NCBI GenBank assembly: GCA_000934665.2
Contig: KZ538993.1
Location: 1 to 37,138 of the forward strand
From: Catajapyx aquilonaris
Taxonomy: Eukaryota
Direction of reading: 5' to 3'
DNA: 37,138 nucleotides
Part shown: in pieces, positions 1 to 11,507 of the stretch
Layout: the number at the start of each line of letters is the position of its first letter
How positions within the stretch are numbered: the stretch's first letter is position 1
Notes under the pieces: generated by a model
Database searches by the model: none
Seen by the model: only the letters and a program-made list of their open reading frames with translations
Told to the model about the DNA's origin: nothing
Made by a program: the position numbers and the translations under genes

Positions 1-329
1 TTGCGGTTACGATCAGTATATAATTCCCGACATATTCCACATTAAATTTTAAAATTCTCATTTGCTTATCATTTTTTTGTGGACTATTGAAAATTCTTCC
101 ATAAGGGCCCATGTTAAATCGCGAACTTCTGAGCCCTCTAGTTCGCTAATTTGCACGGTGACGTGTGTTTTTCTTTGCACCATTGATAAGAGGACACAAA
201 ACTGCGTAACATATGTTTTTTTCATAAAATTCTCATTGAGTGACTCTAGCTTCATTTCCACCTTAATTTTCGGGGCTCAAGTCAGATATTCGACACTAGG
301 TGTTTACACCTATCGAGGCCAGATTGTAA

Positions 330-700
330 CCATGGGATACCAACAGATTACAGTTCTGTTGGCATCACTAGTTGGCGCCAAAAAAATCTTTTGCTGATGT
401 CGACACCAGGTCTTGGGAGGATATGACTGTGACAATCACTACTGCAAAACAGGCACCCTCTAAAATACTATCACTAATGATTATCATGCTCATATCCTGC
501 TCCCTAGGCAACTACTGCAGGGCCAGCAGGTCCATCTGGCAGGCTACCTCCCTACAAGGTATTGAGTGTGTTGTGTATGTCTAGGGGCAGGCCAATGTGT
601 CTGGTTGTTTATCCCATTCCCTGCTGCTCCCTTGACATTTCTCACCCCTACATTTTTGACTTGTTTCGGGCCAACAAGTACCCTGACTGCTGAACGACCT
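330..700. mobile_element. Degenerate copy of the fold-back repeat family also at 3787-4070 and 24020-24312
   Basis: Shares motifs such as ctcatatcctgctccctaggcaac and ttgacatttctc...ctaca with the other two copies; boundaries approximate. Confidence 0.55.
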
Positions 701-1448
701 ACTAGTAAGAATGTCGTGTATCAATTTCATAAGTTTTCAAATGCCAAGAAATTAGACATCAACATTGAGAGGACAATAGCGCCTTTAAAGTGTAGAGGTC
801 CAGGTGGTAAAATATGAGATAAAAACGACAAAGTGCACGGGTGTCGCACCCGGATTCTTACTTGGACGGGATTTGATCGTCTATTGCACATGGACGATGC
901 GTTAGGGGACCAAGGCCGGATTAAGAAAGCATGTGGACACAGCAGGACCAAATCACGAATGGCAATACACCGCCCAGTAGAGACATAAGCAAGTGTTTCA
1001 AACCTTGTCAAAGAAGTCAGTAAGTCACTTAACCCTTCGTCTCCCGCAGACATCTTTGTAATATTACAGTATAATATGACATGACATTAAAATTCATTGG
1101 TATCATACAACCCAGAATCCAGATGGAAATCTCTTTCCCCATAGCACCTCTTGTGCATGAATTGAGGGCGAAACCAACGGTGCCAGACCAAGTGATTTTC
1201 ACCTAGGGCTCTATTTTTATAACCCCATCCAAAACGTGCAGCATCCAGCATGAAACTTAGGGCTCACTGGTTGTATGAACACAAGTTATGGCCTAATTAC
1301 CAGGTAAGCTGTTCATCTTCATACTCCTGGTATCACCAGTGATACTTCAGGTTCTAAATATTTTCCCAAGTTGTGGTTCGAATGTCATCGTTGGGATGGC
1401 ATGCATCGTATTCGATACTACCTTCCTTTGAACACAAAAGGTATACTA

Positions 1449-1589
1449 TTGTGCGGGAAACGAACTGACGATCTGACGTCATCGTCACACAACAATATGA
1501 GTAAACAGTGTCAACAAAAAGAACATTGTTTACTCCTATTGTTGAGAACAAAATGATAAAGTCAGATCATCGTTTCGTTTCCCGCACTG
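1449..1589. mobile_element. Small Tc1/mariner-type MITE
   Basis: ~27-bp inverted repeats gtgcgggaaacgaactgacgatctgac / gtcagatcatcgtttcgtttcccgcac; right end ...cactg|ta. Confidence 0.6.
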
Positions 1590-2339
1590 TATTATGATTT
1601 TTCCGCAAGAGGGCAAAAATGCATTAATACAACAACTGTGTCAGCATCTTAAATCAGAACATTCATCAGAGGTTATGCATGTCCTATACATTTGGCCAGT
1701 TCATACTACCAGCCCTAATCAATTACACACTACCTTAAATCGATCCCAGAATGAAACTTGCCTGATTTAATCCAATAGCCCTGAAAATTCTGCGAACGTT
1801 AAATTAGCCAAAGATAAGACAGGCCATGGGGAGATATGAAGGTATGAATGATGGGTATGAATCCCACGTAGGCAGGGACTGGTGTTGTGTCCAATGGCTG
1901 GGTTGCTGGGTCTTGTACAACTCGATATGGAGGACCTCAGGCGTCGATGTGTCAGCTGCAGTAAACTATGCCGTAAACTAGTACTGAAGTTAAATATGAA
2001 TGTTAGCGTGAATGTTAGTGAAAAGTGAATCACACCCTGTGAGGGAAATGGTGCCTTGGAACTGGAGAATGGAGAAGGAGATGGGGAGGCGGAGGGCATG
2101 GTGGTGGGAAGGAGAAGCAGTGGTTTGCGCCTGCGAGCAAAGCTTATTCGGTACAACAAGGCGCCATTTTTGGTCTTCCAGTGTACAGTCAAAATAACAG
2201 GTTTGGGGGGTTTGGGTCATTTAATAGCTAGTTTGGAGCTGGACTTGCTAATTATGTATGTAAAATTTGATCATGAGGTTAAATGGGCTTGAAAATATGC
2301 ATTATTAGTAGTAAATTTGAATAAGACAGGGATAAAGGT

Positions 2340-2547
2340 GTACAACATGGCGCCTTTTGTTTAATACAGGCGACGCAACTCTGCTATATACATATTGTGG
2401 CGTTCCAAGCGGGCAAAAATTGAAAGCAGTGTATGTGTAGCTGTATCAGCGTAGCGTAGGACGGACGGAGTCACGGACGGAGAGCAGCAGCTTGTCTTGT
2501 AGTCTTCCCGATACAGCGGACGTTGTCTACGGCAACGAGTACTGAAA
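2340..2547 (+). promoter_or_regulatory. CpG-rich SNW1 promoter/5' UTR, possibly bidirectional
   Basis: CpG-enriched segment directly upstream of the SNW1 ATG; YY1-like caacatggcg near 2343; X-box(RFX)-like gttgtctacggcaac at 2522-2536. Motif matches only. Confidence 0.5.
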
Positions 2548-2564
2548 ATGGCGACATTAGCCAG
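2548..2564 (+). CDS. SNW1: SNW domain-containing protein 1 (SKIP/Bx42/Prp45), coding exon 1
   Basis: aaaATGgcg start; MATLA(S) then donor ccag|gtttgt; phase 2 joins exon 2 in frame. Confidence 0.85.
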
Positions 2565-2711
2565 GTTTGTGTTGCCGAATAGTATTTACTGCATGATGGC
2601 GAGCTATTTCTCGGCTGATCCGGCTTGCTGGCGGTCGAGGGTAGTGAGGCCTAGCTCGTTTGTTGAGGGAGGATTCGTAATTATATCAAGCCTCGTGTTC
2701 AATTTTTGTAG

Positions 2712-2853
2712 CCTTCTTCCGCCACCGACCCAAGTGGTGTTTGACCGGGAGGAGGAACGCGTGAAGACAAAGCCATCCTCAGCCTTGGTGCTTGCCGGCC
2801 CTGCAGCCCCACCCTATGGAAAGAGGAAGGGTTGGGTGCCACGACTTGTTGAG
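2712..2853 (+). CDS. SNW1: SNW1 coding exon 2
   Basis: Acceptor ttttgtag|; encodes LLPPPTQ...PPYGKRKGWVPRLVE, matching the SNW1 N-terminus; donor gag|gtgaat. Confidence 0.93.
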
Positions 2854-2929
2854 GTGAATATATTGTTTAGAGTAGCATGGGTTAGTGAATCCTGGTGGTC
2901 CTTTTTTATCCTAATCACAAATTTAAGTC

Positions 2930-3275
2930 ACAGTTTAAAAATATATAATAGTACCTGTCTTCTGCCGGTCTCAAAGCGGAGAAAGTAACCCGCCGTCGTC
3001 CTTGGGAGCGCCAGAAATCGTTTCAAAAAGTATACTTGGACTCTTTCTATTCGCCTCCAGCTCGACATAGCCCAAATGGGTGCCCCATATAACACCGTGG
3101 GCAAGATCTTCGAGTTAAAGAGTTTCATTGCCGTTGCGAAATCCTTTAATCTTAGCTTAGTCAAAACTGTCCACATGGAGTTTACCGCCATCAACTCTTT
3201 ATAAAAAACTTGGCAGTGTTTGTGAACTTCGTAAATGCATGAAGCGGGATGCCCAAGTATCGGTATGATTGAGAG
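2930..3275 (-). mobile_element. Frameshifted non-LTR retrotransposon (LINE) RT C-terminal fragment in SNW1 intron 2
   Basis: YRYLG followed, after a frameshift, by KLFNSKILPTVLYGAPIW...IERVQVYFLKRFLALPRTT...RFETG, typical of the region downstream of LINE RT. Confidence 0.8.
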
Positions 3276-3322
3276 ATCAATATCTCTTCATCTCCCCACC
3301 AGAACCTGTCGTTCTTCGCTTC

Positions 3323-3608
3323 GAGCGTTTCTGTACAAGGGGCTTACTCTCGACCCTTCGGCTGGGAAATGAGAAAATTTTCCGCACTCGCCAACATGAA
3401 CTTTGACTTAGGGAGACTGAAAATGCATTGATATCCCATCGTAAGGCCCTGCCTGCACTTCGAGTTATGGACAACTTCGAGTTATAGAAATTCGAGTTAG
3501 GGAAGTTTATTTCCTATTATTTTACATTGTGACCAACCAAGCTCATCATTTTCTTCGAATTATAGAGAACTTCGACTTAGGGAAGTTCGAGTTATAGAAG
3601 TTTTACTG
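3323..3608 (+). mobile_element. Right-hand part of the pogo/Tigger-like MITE seen complete at 14485-15099
   Basis: High similarity to 14808-15099; ttcgagttata subterminal repeats; ends ttttactg|ta. Confidence 0.8.
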
Positions 3609-3786
3609 TATTGTCCAGATGACCCCCGGACTGAAAAGGTCAAATTTTTTGGAATGCTTCTGGTGCTGTACTAAAATAATGTTACGGTATGGGCAAGTAC
3701 AGGGCTGTGAGAATATGCAAGTTCTGTAGATAATCTGTACAGATATCAGACATCTGTTCAATGGCCAACAGCTGTCAGTGTATACC

Positions 3787-4070
3787 TTGGGCCAAAACAT
3801 GTAGGGGGGAGAAATGTGGAAGGACCAACCATTTATGAGGTACAGTAGATGACCAGAAACATTGCCCAGTGGTTGCCAAAGGAGCAGGATATGAGCATGA
3901 TAATCGTGACTGTTGGGATTTGCAAGGTCACCTCTTTCACAGAAGTGATTATCATAGCTCATATCCTGCTCCCTAGGCAACCACCAGCAAATGTTTCTGG
4001 TCATCTACCTCATTAACAGTTGGTCCCTCTACATTTCTCCCCCCTACAATTTTCGACTTGTTTTGGCCCA
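3787..4070. mobile_element. Palindromic core of a fold-back DNA element (family also at 330-700 and 24020-24312; flanking part similar to 22035-22135)
   Basis: Arms such as gagcaggatatgagc / gctcatatcctgctc and gaccagaaacatt / aatgtttctggtc are reverse complements. Confidence 0.7.
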
Positions 4071-4194
4071 GGGAATACACTGACTTCGGTCGCTTAATCG
4101 ACTTTCGCTTATGTGAACTGTGAATACTTATCGGGAATGGAACTACTAACTTGTTGATGACAGGACTTTTACAGGCTGGCATATCATTTATAGA

Positions 4195-4556
4195 GGGGAG
4201 GTGTGGTGGCCGTGATGGTAACGTCACGGCTTGCTGTGTGAAAGGCCCCAGGTTCGATCCCCGCCTGGGGAACTTTCCTTTCACCTGCGTCAGGAGGGTC
4301 TCTGACCTGCACCAAGGAGGTGTCTGGCAACCTAACCTCCTGGGGAACAGCACATGACCCATAGCTACGACATTGCACCTTGCACCCATGTTCCCTCCCC
4401 AAAAATACCTATCCTTTCCCATTGTCCCTGTTTCCTTGCACCGGTGATTGAAGCGAAAATATATCAGAAAACTGATGGTGGTTTGCCACCCCCCCTATAG
4501 CTCCCATAAGGGACATCACGGGGTAAAATAATAAAAAAATAAAAAATAAAAACAAA
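4195..4556 (+). mobile_element. tRNA-derived SINE, family A
   Basis: A box tggccgtgatgg, B box ggttcgatccc, A-rich tail, 12-bp TSD atcatttataga (4183-4194 and 4557-4568). Confidence 0.9.
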
Positions 4557-4653
4557 ATCATTTATAGAAAGCACTTTTGTGTCAAATTTTTTTCCCAATT
4601 TAGCATAATCTTGAATGACAAAATTACTAATATAGTACTCCTAATATTTGCAG

Positions 4654-5322
4654 GATTTTGGTGATGGAGGAGCCTTCCCAGAGATCCATGTAGCCCAACA
4701 TCCCTTGGGGATGGGGCAGGGTGACAAGGCATCCACCTCTAATGCATTGGCAATCCAGCTGGATGCCCAAGGAAAGATCAAGTATGACATCCTTGCTCGC
4801 CAGGGTCACCGGCGTGACAAGATTGTGTACTCGAAGTTCAGTGACCTCCTGCCATCAGAGGTGACCAATGAAGAAGACCCTGAGTTGCAGCGTCCAGGTG
4901 ATGAAGACATTGAAGAAACTACTGAACGGACACGTCAGGCCTTGGAACAGCTGACACAAGGAAAGATCTCAGCTGCCATGCCAGTCCGCTGTGCTGAGAA
5001 GCAAGCGCCAGCTCAGTACATACGTTACACTCCGTCACAGCAAGGAGTTGCTTTCAATTCTGGCGCAAAGCAGCGAGTCATACGCATGGTGGAGGTACAG
5101 CGAGATCCCATGGAACCACCAAAGTTCAGGATCAACAAGAAGATACCAAGGGGTCCACCTTCTCCCCCAGCACCAGTGATGCATTCACCAACAAGGAAGG
5201 TCACAGTGAAAGAGCAGAAGGAATGGAAGATCCCACCATGCATCTCCAACTGGAAGAATGCAAAGGGGTATACAATACCACTGGACAAGAGACTGGCTGC
5301 TGATGGACGTGGGTTGCAGCAG
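4654..5322 (+). CDS. SNW1: SNW1 coding exon 3 (SNW domain)
   Basis: Acceptor tttgcag|; DFGDGGAFPEIHVAQ...KIPPCISNWKNAKGYTIPLDKRLAADGRGLQQ; donor cag|gtgaga; 669 nt, phase 0-0. Confidence 0.98.
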
Positions 5323-5465
5323 GTGAGAAGGGGGAAATTAATTGCTTCTCAAAGAAAATGGGATTATCTGGGATGTGTTTTCGTTCTTCATCAAAAAGGC
5401 TGGGGAGAGTTGATTCTCCCTGTTGCTATGCACTTTATTATTATAGGGGGTGGTAAACTGCTTAA

Positions 5466-5936
5466 CCCTTAACTACGTAGGTGGGTGAAACACCTTTAAC
5501 TACGTAGGTGGAGCCTGAGAGGCTCCAACGGTATATTTAAATTTCTGCTTATCAACTAAATTGTTATATTGGACTTTTCACATACAGAAAGTGCAGTTCA
5601 GATCATTAGGCTTCCGATAACGTAAAAATCACACGCTGAGTCAGCATATTCCGACAGGGAAAAATTCTTAATTAAAAGGTTACATCATGCTTGAGCCGCT
5701 CAGTCTTCACCTGCATAGGTAGAGCCAGTATAGAGTCCAGGAGGGACCTGTTCCTCGTTACGAATTTTTTAAAACCAAACAATAAGGACTAAAAAAATTT
5801 TTCTTTCCTTTTCATGCTTAGGAAGGTTTGTCTGACAAAGTCACGGAAGGACAGGGGAAAATAAAATTCGATGAAAAAGTTACATGCGTTTAAATAGTGC
5901 TTGGAGCCTCTCAGGCTCCACCTACGTAGTTAAGGG
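5466..5936 (+). mobile_element. piggyBac-type MITE, 471 bp, copy 1
   Basis: TTAA on both sides; TIR cccttaactacgtaggtgg; internal repeat of the TIR at one end; near-identical inverted copy at 11508-11978. Confidence 0.92.
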
Positions 5937-6315
5937 TTAAGTCAATTGTTTGAGAGGAGGGTAGGTTAAGAAGCTATGGATTGATCAGCTCAGAAACAAG
6001 CTTAACCCCTTTGCTACCAGATAGGCCCAAACCACACAGATTTCTGCTTACGTGTACTCTGAAGATACTGACAAGATATTTTACAAATAATAACAGCTAT
6101 ACTTATCCGATCTGAGAAAACGTTATGGATGGTGTCTGGAACAGTTTTACTTGTCTAGAAGTCCCGGAATTAACGGGAGGATAAAGAGAATTTGGGAGTA
6201 AAGTTCTCGCTAACTAAAACAACAGCAGAACTGTTTTTTGTGTGTGTGTGTGTAAGTGTAACTGACCTCTCTCTTACACATGTGTGATGTACTTTTCCCA
6301 TATTCTTAATGTAGT

Positions 6316-6563
6316 TTTTTTTTTAATAATTTTTTTTTTACTTACCCCACTGGGAGAATATCAGCGCTCCTTTAGGGGGTGGTGGAATACCACCATTTTT
6401 TCATGTCAATTTTTCGGAAATTCTTCTTCTAACACCATGGAGAAAGGGAAATCGGGAGGGGAATTGGGATTTTTGGTGAGGGGACACCACCGGCGGGGAT
6501 CGAACCCAGGACCTTCCGCACAGCAAGCCGAGACGTTACCATCTTGGCCACCACGCCTCCCCC
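6316..6563 (-). mobile_element. tRNA-derived SINE, family A head with a shorter body
   Basis: Reverse-complement A/B boxes at 6495-6563; T-rich tail on + strand; 13-bp TSD ttcttaatgtagt (6303-6315, 6564-6576). Confidence 0.88.
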
Positions 6564-6592
6564 TTCTTAATGTAGTATTTTAAAAAGTCATT

Positions 6593-7533
6593 TGCATTCA
6601 GGAGTAAATTATGCACAGACATCGCCACCTAGGGGAAATAAGCGGCGGCTGCTGCGTCCAAAATACTTAGACAGTTCAAGATATCGCAGTGGATTCAAAC
6701 GCTTGCTACAAAGATATATCTGTGGGATGGATTATAAGGCCATTGCGATTCCTATCAATGCACTGAGGTTGTGAACCAGTTATTACACAGACCACGTGTA
6801 TAGTTATTTTATGTTTAATGTGCAGCTGTATAGGGGACTTTTTGGAGAGTGTGTAAACAGAATCACTCTTCTCTCATCATTTCGCTTTTTAATTCAGAAG
6901 TTATCTACAAGGAAGGCGTAGGATCTGCTGGGCTTGACAAGAAATGTCATCCATTGCCAATCATTAGTCAGAGTCATACGGGAGTCTCTCATCCCTCAAG
7001 GGGCCTGTTCGCCAAGATGACCCCCTAGATGCGGGTCAGAAACCCTTCACCGACACCACACCTCCTCGTGGACGGGACAAGGATAGGAAAGGAAGGAAGC
7101 AGCTGTGGCCTATTATTTAGGAAGCAATCCCGGAATTCTCCTGGGGGGACCGTGGGAAACCACAGAAAACCACGGTTAGGATTTCCGGCCCTGGGACTCG
7201 AACCCAGGACCTCCCGATTAGCAGTTGAACAACTTATCCTCTCCACCAAACTGCTTCGTTCAAGAGACAATAATATTACTAATAAGCATTATTGTAGTCC
7301 GTGTAATAACTGGTTCACAACTTCAGTGCAATGAGAGGAATCGCAATGATTTCATCATCCAGCCCACAGATTATGACATATCTTTGATCAATCTTTTTAG
7401 CAGCGTTTGAATCCACCGTGATGCCTTGAGCGGTCTCGTGAGCAGTCTTGAGCTGTCCCAAGTATTTTGGACGCAGCTGCCGCGACTTATGTCCGCCAGG
7501 TGGCGATGTCTGTGCATAGCCATTTTAATGCAG
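6593..7533. mobile_element. Diverged fold-back element with ~200-bp arms nested in 6006-7951
   Basis: tatgcacagacatcgccacct...gcgtccaaaatactt...gtgaaccagttattacac (6610-6790) is mirrored at 7293-7520. Confidence 0.7.
7080..7257 (-). mobile_element. tRNA-derived SINE, family B (conserved head and body)
   Basis: Reverse complement of the element at 22281-22457 and 26012-26190; B box ggttcgagtcc; ggccacagctgcttccttcc motif. Confidence 0.82.
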
Positions 7534-8853
7534 GGTAGTGTATGAGATAAAGTTGCTGAAATCATCGTACGTCATGAGAAATAAATAAATTTGGGAGTTT
7601 CCTGAAGTTTTCCAAGGTGCCAGAAAGCCTCAAATAAGTATTAATTTATTCCTCGCAAAGTACGACGATTTCAGCAAATTCTTTTGGCATGGTTCTCAAG
7701 GTTGTTATTCCGCATATCTTCACACATTTCATAATTAAATTCACCTTAACAGTTGGTCGGCAGTACTCCAATTTCAAGTTTTTATAGCCCTCTTTTGGAA
7801 ATTAATTCCGGGACTTCTAGACAAGTAAAATTGTTCCAGACACATAACGTTTTCCCAGATCGGGTAAGTATAGCTGTTATTATTTGTGAAATATCTTGTC
7901 AGTATCTTCGGAGTAGCCGAAATCTGTGTGACCCATCTGGTAGCGAAGGGGTTAAAGAGGAGCAACAGTGACAACAGGTGAATGTGCCCTGATTGTTGCT
8001 TCCATTGAACTTCTTTATAACCTGGTTGCTGCAATAAACAATCTACAACTTCTTGGAAACTCCCTGTGGGACTTGGGTGATGCACTGCTGACTGTATTCT
8101 TATGAGGGCAAATCAATATGTCAGGTTGTCTTAAATTTTTGCAAACCCATTTTAATACAATTTTAATTGGGTCATTCCCTGTGAAATCACCTAAGCCCCC
8201 TGACCCTCGGGTTGTCTGATATATGACGAAACACCGCATCCGTTTAGTTTTGTCTCAGAAGACGACCCTTTTTCTCGGTTTTGCAGTGTAGCGCTCATGC
8301 TCCCCCTCCCTGAGAAATGGCCACCTAGAGGGAAAAAAACTACATAGGATTTCATCATTGGTCATGTGAACCAATTTACCTCCAGATGTTGACAACCATT
8401 CAATTTGAGGGGATTCCAGAGCCCAATCTACCTATAACATTAAAAATATGAATTTTGACTGGAAAGTTTTTGGAAATATTTCTTCCATTTTGAAAATCTT
8501 TTTGATAGTGTAACCTACAAATTTAGCAAAATGTTGTATATTTCCTGGCTTTGGGCTCTTATTCTGGTCTTAAGTTTTGGTCTGCGAAAAACTTCATCCA
8601 CCTCCATAATTTGACTTTCCAAGACAAAATTGCAAATCAAGTGCAGTGTCCCTTAAAGGCACTGCCTCACACCATGCAGTCGAGCCTACTTGAATTGGTA
8701 GCATCAGTGAAATCTCCACCATTACATATGTGAGCGGATTATTTTTCCATTGGGTACTTAGAAAGCAAATCAAATCATAAGACTTCATCACTATTTGGAT
8801 GAATGTCAGATTGTCAGAACCATTTAACTCTCCTTTGTATTTTTTTGTTGCAG

Positions 8854-9651
8854 GTCCACATCAATGAGAACTTCGCCAAATTGGCTGAGGCACTCTACAT
8901 CGCTGATCGCAAGGCTCGTGAAGCAGTGGAGATGCGCTCACAACTAGAGAAGAAGCTGGCCCAGAAGGAGAAGGAGAAAAAGGAAGAGCATCTCCGACAG
9001 CTTGCTCAGAAGGCTCGTGAGGAGCGCGCTGGCATTCGGACCCAAGCTCAGGCTGCCCCATCAGAGAATGATGATGCCCGGGAGCGTGACCAGCTACGCT
9101 ATGAGCGTCATAAGGAGCGCCAGCGCGAGCGAAATCTGGCTCGTGCTGCTCCGGACAAACGATCTCGGCTAGAACGAGAACGGGAGCGTGACATATCAGA
9201 GCAGATTGCTCTGGGGCTACCAACCAAGTCGGCCCCAAGTCTAGAAGCTCAGTTTGATCAACGCCTATTTAACCAAACGAAAGGCATGGATTCAGGCTTT
9301 GCTGATGATGAGTCTTACAATGTTTATGACAAACCCTGGCGTGAGTCAGGGGCCTTGGGCCAAAGCCTGTACCGCCCATCCCGTAACGTGGATAAAGATG
9401 TATATGGAGAAGATTTGGACAAACTGATTAGAACCAACAGGTTTGTTCCAGACAAAGAGTTTAGCGGGACAGACAGGACTGGAGCAGGCAGGAGTGGACC
9501 TGTGCAGTTCGAAAAGGATGAAGAAGATCCATTTGGTCTGGATCAGTTTTTGACGCAGGCCAAGAAGGCCAGCAAGCGGCCTGGGGATGACAAAGACAGA
9601 GATCGGAGGGATGACAGGGACAAGGACAAGCGCAGGAGAGGAAGGGACTAG
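8854..9651 (+). CDS. SNW1: SNW1 coding exon 4 (C-terminal); spliced product 541 aa
   Basis: Acceptor tttgttgcag|; VHINENFAKLAEALYIADRKARE...GPVQFEKDEEDPFGLDQFL...; TAG at 9649-9651. Confidence 0.98.
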   Translation, partial: VHINENFAKLAEALYIADRKAREAVEMRSQLEKKLAQKEKEKKEEHLRQLAQKAREERAGIRTQAQAAPSENDDARERDQLRYERHKERQRERNLARAAPDKRSRLERERERDISEQIALGLPTKSAPSLEAQFDQRLFNQTKGMDSGFADDESYNVYDKPWRESGALGQSLYRPSRNVDKDVYGEDLDKLIRTNRFVPDKEFSGTDRTGAGRSGPVQFEKDEEDPFGLDQFLTQAKKASKRPGDDKDRDRRDDRDKDKRRRGRD

Positions 9652-10434
9652 TGGCTTGGAGCACAGGCAGGCAAAGTTCTCTGTGTAATAATGAGTTCAC
9701 AGGCATCCCTTAGGGTGGAGACTTGTATTGCTGATGCCACAGATGTTTTACACTGTTTATGGGGAGAGGGTGTTACAAAAGTGCTCTTTAGTTTATACAT
9801 TAACAACAAATTTACCTATGTGGTCATGCAAAGTACTCAATCCATGTCTGCAAATATTGGGAAGGTTTCTGTGGGTGCTGCCATCTTGTCCCATATACCG
9901 TGTTTCATAATCAGAGTATGTCTGTATCAGGTGAAATGTTGTAGACGCACCTGCATCACGTTGGTACATACCCCTTGGCAACTCGTATGTCTCCTTCCAT
10001 TCTCCCTGCCATCCTCTTTAAGGTGACAATAGGCATGCGGACATGTGCAAACTTTCTGCCAAAACAGATGTAAGCTTAATTATGAAACGCTGTAGACAGA
10101 AGAGGGTCATTTATGTAGACCAAAAATGGCTCCATCAGTGTGGTTAATTTGTAGTGTTGGATGACCCTAGTTCCATGAGTACTTTGCATGTCATTGCATT
10201 GCCATGTGCTTAATTTTTACTCAACTATACCCTGATGTCACTGCTGTTTTAAGTGATTTATAGGGTACCATGGGGGAGTTCTTTAGTTGTGCCTTCCCAC
10301 TGAACATGTGTGGGGGGTCTTGCCACTGTTGGGTAAGATTTTCAGTGTTGTTTTGCGTTTACTGTAACATGCCAGTAACGGATTATAGATTTGTGTCGGC
10401 TCTTGATGCACTTTGGCATCAAGTATTGGGATGC

Positions 10435-10492
10435 CAAAATTCATATAAGCAAATCACTGATGACAAAATTCATACAAGCAAATCACTGATGT
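10435..10492. repeat. 29-bp tandem duplication in the presumed SNW1 3' UTR
   Basis: caaaattcatataagcaaatcactgatga followed by caaaattcatacaagcaaatcactgatgt. Confidence 0.8.
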
Positions 10493-10709
10493 CAATATCT
10501 GGGATTTGACACTAGTAATACTGGTATTTTTAAAGTACCAGAGCTTATTCCCTCATGTATGGACTTGATCTGTATATAATGAAACTGACAAAAATTCCAG
10601 AATTTTTTACAAAATGTGCATGAGTAATGTGGGGAATTCAAAGAAGGGATTAACATTTTTGTGATTGTATTATTTTATATTTACTCAACATTATATTAAA
10701 TATGTTCTT

Positions 10710-10715
10710 AATAAA
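10710..10715 (+). terminator. Candidate SNW1 polyadenylation signal
   Basis: First AATAAA I find after the stop codon, followed by GT/T-rich sequence; untested. Confidence 0.4.
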
Positions 10716-11021
10716 GATGGAATAAGTTCTCCTTCATGCTGTGGATGTTGTTATTTTCTTATGTGCATTATCAATGTATAACCTCATGATTTTTGAATTG
10801 TAAAAGGTGCCTCATCAGAATAGTTGCACCAAGTTTGTAGCATGCATTAGGCAGTGCTACGTTAGTCTGATTTATTTAGATTCAACACTCAGGGTATTGC
10901 TAGGTCTTAATTGTAATAGTACAAGTGCATTTTTTTTTGCCCCATAATAAAACACTTGTTCAGAGACTGGCTTCATTATTGTGTTAATTGCTTTGGCAGC
11001 CTTGGAAGTGTGAAATTGAAT

Positions 11022-11033
11022 CACTAGATGGCG
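11022..11033 (+). promoter_or_regulatory. CTCF-like motif between the SNW1 3' end and the candidate ProRS first exon
   Basis: cactagatggcg matches the CTCF core CCRCTAGRTGGCG apart from the first base. Confidence 0.35.
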
Positions 11034-11089
11034 TGAGTGGACAAGGCCATCCAGAGCAGACATAACTACTCACCAGGCATGATTAACTA

Positions 11090-11163
11090 ATGACATACTT
11101 TCACTTGTTTCATGGGACGCGTGGCGCTCGGTTGGTCTCGAACCCATATCGCTGTCTGTTCAG
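11090..11163 (+). CDS. Candidate first exon of the ProRS gene, encoding an optional N-terminal leader
   Basis: Local CpG cluster; strong donor cag|gtaatt; ATG 11090 gives 74 nt (phase 2) that joins acceptor 15424 in frame with Pro[40 protein letters not shown]. Confidence 0.45.
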
Positions 11164-11507
11164 GTAATTTCTATACTCAGGTTCTGTGTGGCAGTACGGG
11201 TGTACTGCATCTGTATGACATGCCGAGGCAAAGTTGTAGTTAGCTAAACGTCAGTTTTGTAGCAGTGATGTCTTGGAAAGACGGCTGATGTAACACCTGT
11301 TGCCAGCCTATTATTTGGCTCCTGCTGATGCACATTTATTTTCATGTGAACCCTCACAAAAGTTGTAGGTTGTATTTAAGGATTTTTTCAGGGTTATCAC
11401 TTAGGTTATATTGTATAAATGAGGTTCAGTTTATGGAAGTTGTGTCAAAATGAACATGACTGATGTGTAGGCTATTTATATTCAACCTCGAGGGATATTT
11501 TCCTTAA

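Larger units (their letters stand above)
6006..7951. mobile_element. Older piggyBac-type element with ~170-bp inverted arms, containing nested insertions
   Basis: ttaa|cccctttgctaccagat ... atctggtagcgaagggg|ttaa; 6006-6175 is the diverged reverse complement of ~7800-7951. Confidence 0.75.

Noticed and set aside
58..261. 67-aa minus-strand ORF at the window edge
   Set aside because: No recognisable motif or clear splice structure; cannot be supported.
1029..1050. ttaacccttcgtctcccgc, resembling a piggyBac end
   Set aside because: No partner inverted end found in the window.
2548..2988. 146-aa unspliced ORF
   Set aside because: Reads through SNW1 intron 1 (147 nt, in frame) and into intron 2; homology supports the spliced model.
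3460..3600. Repeated ttcgagtta(t/g) units that could look like a CRISPR array
   Set aside because: Short, irregularly spaced subterminal repeats of a pogo-like MITE; eukaryotic context and no cas genes.
8861..9238. Antisense ORFs over SNW1 (and similar ones over ProRS at 19330-20514)
   Set aside because: Shadows of GC-rich coding exons on the opposite strand.
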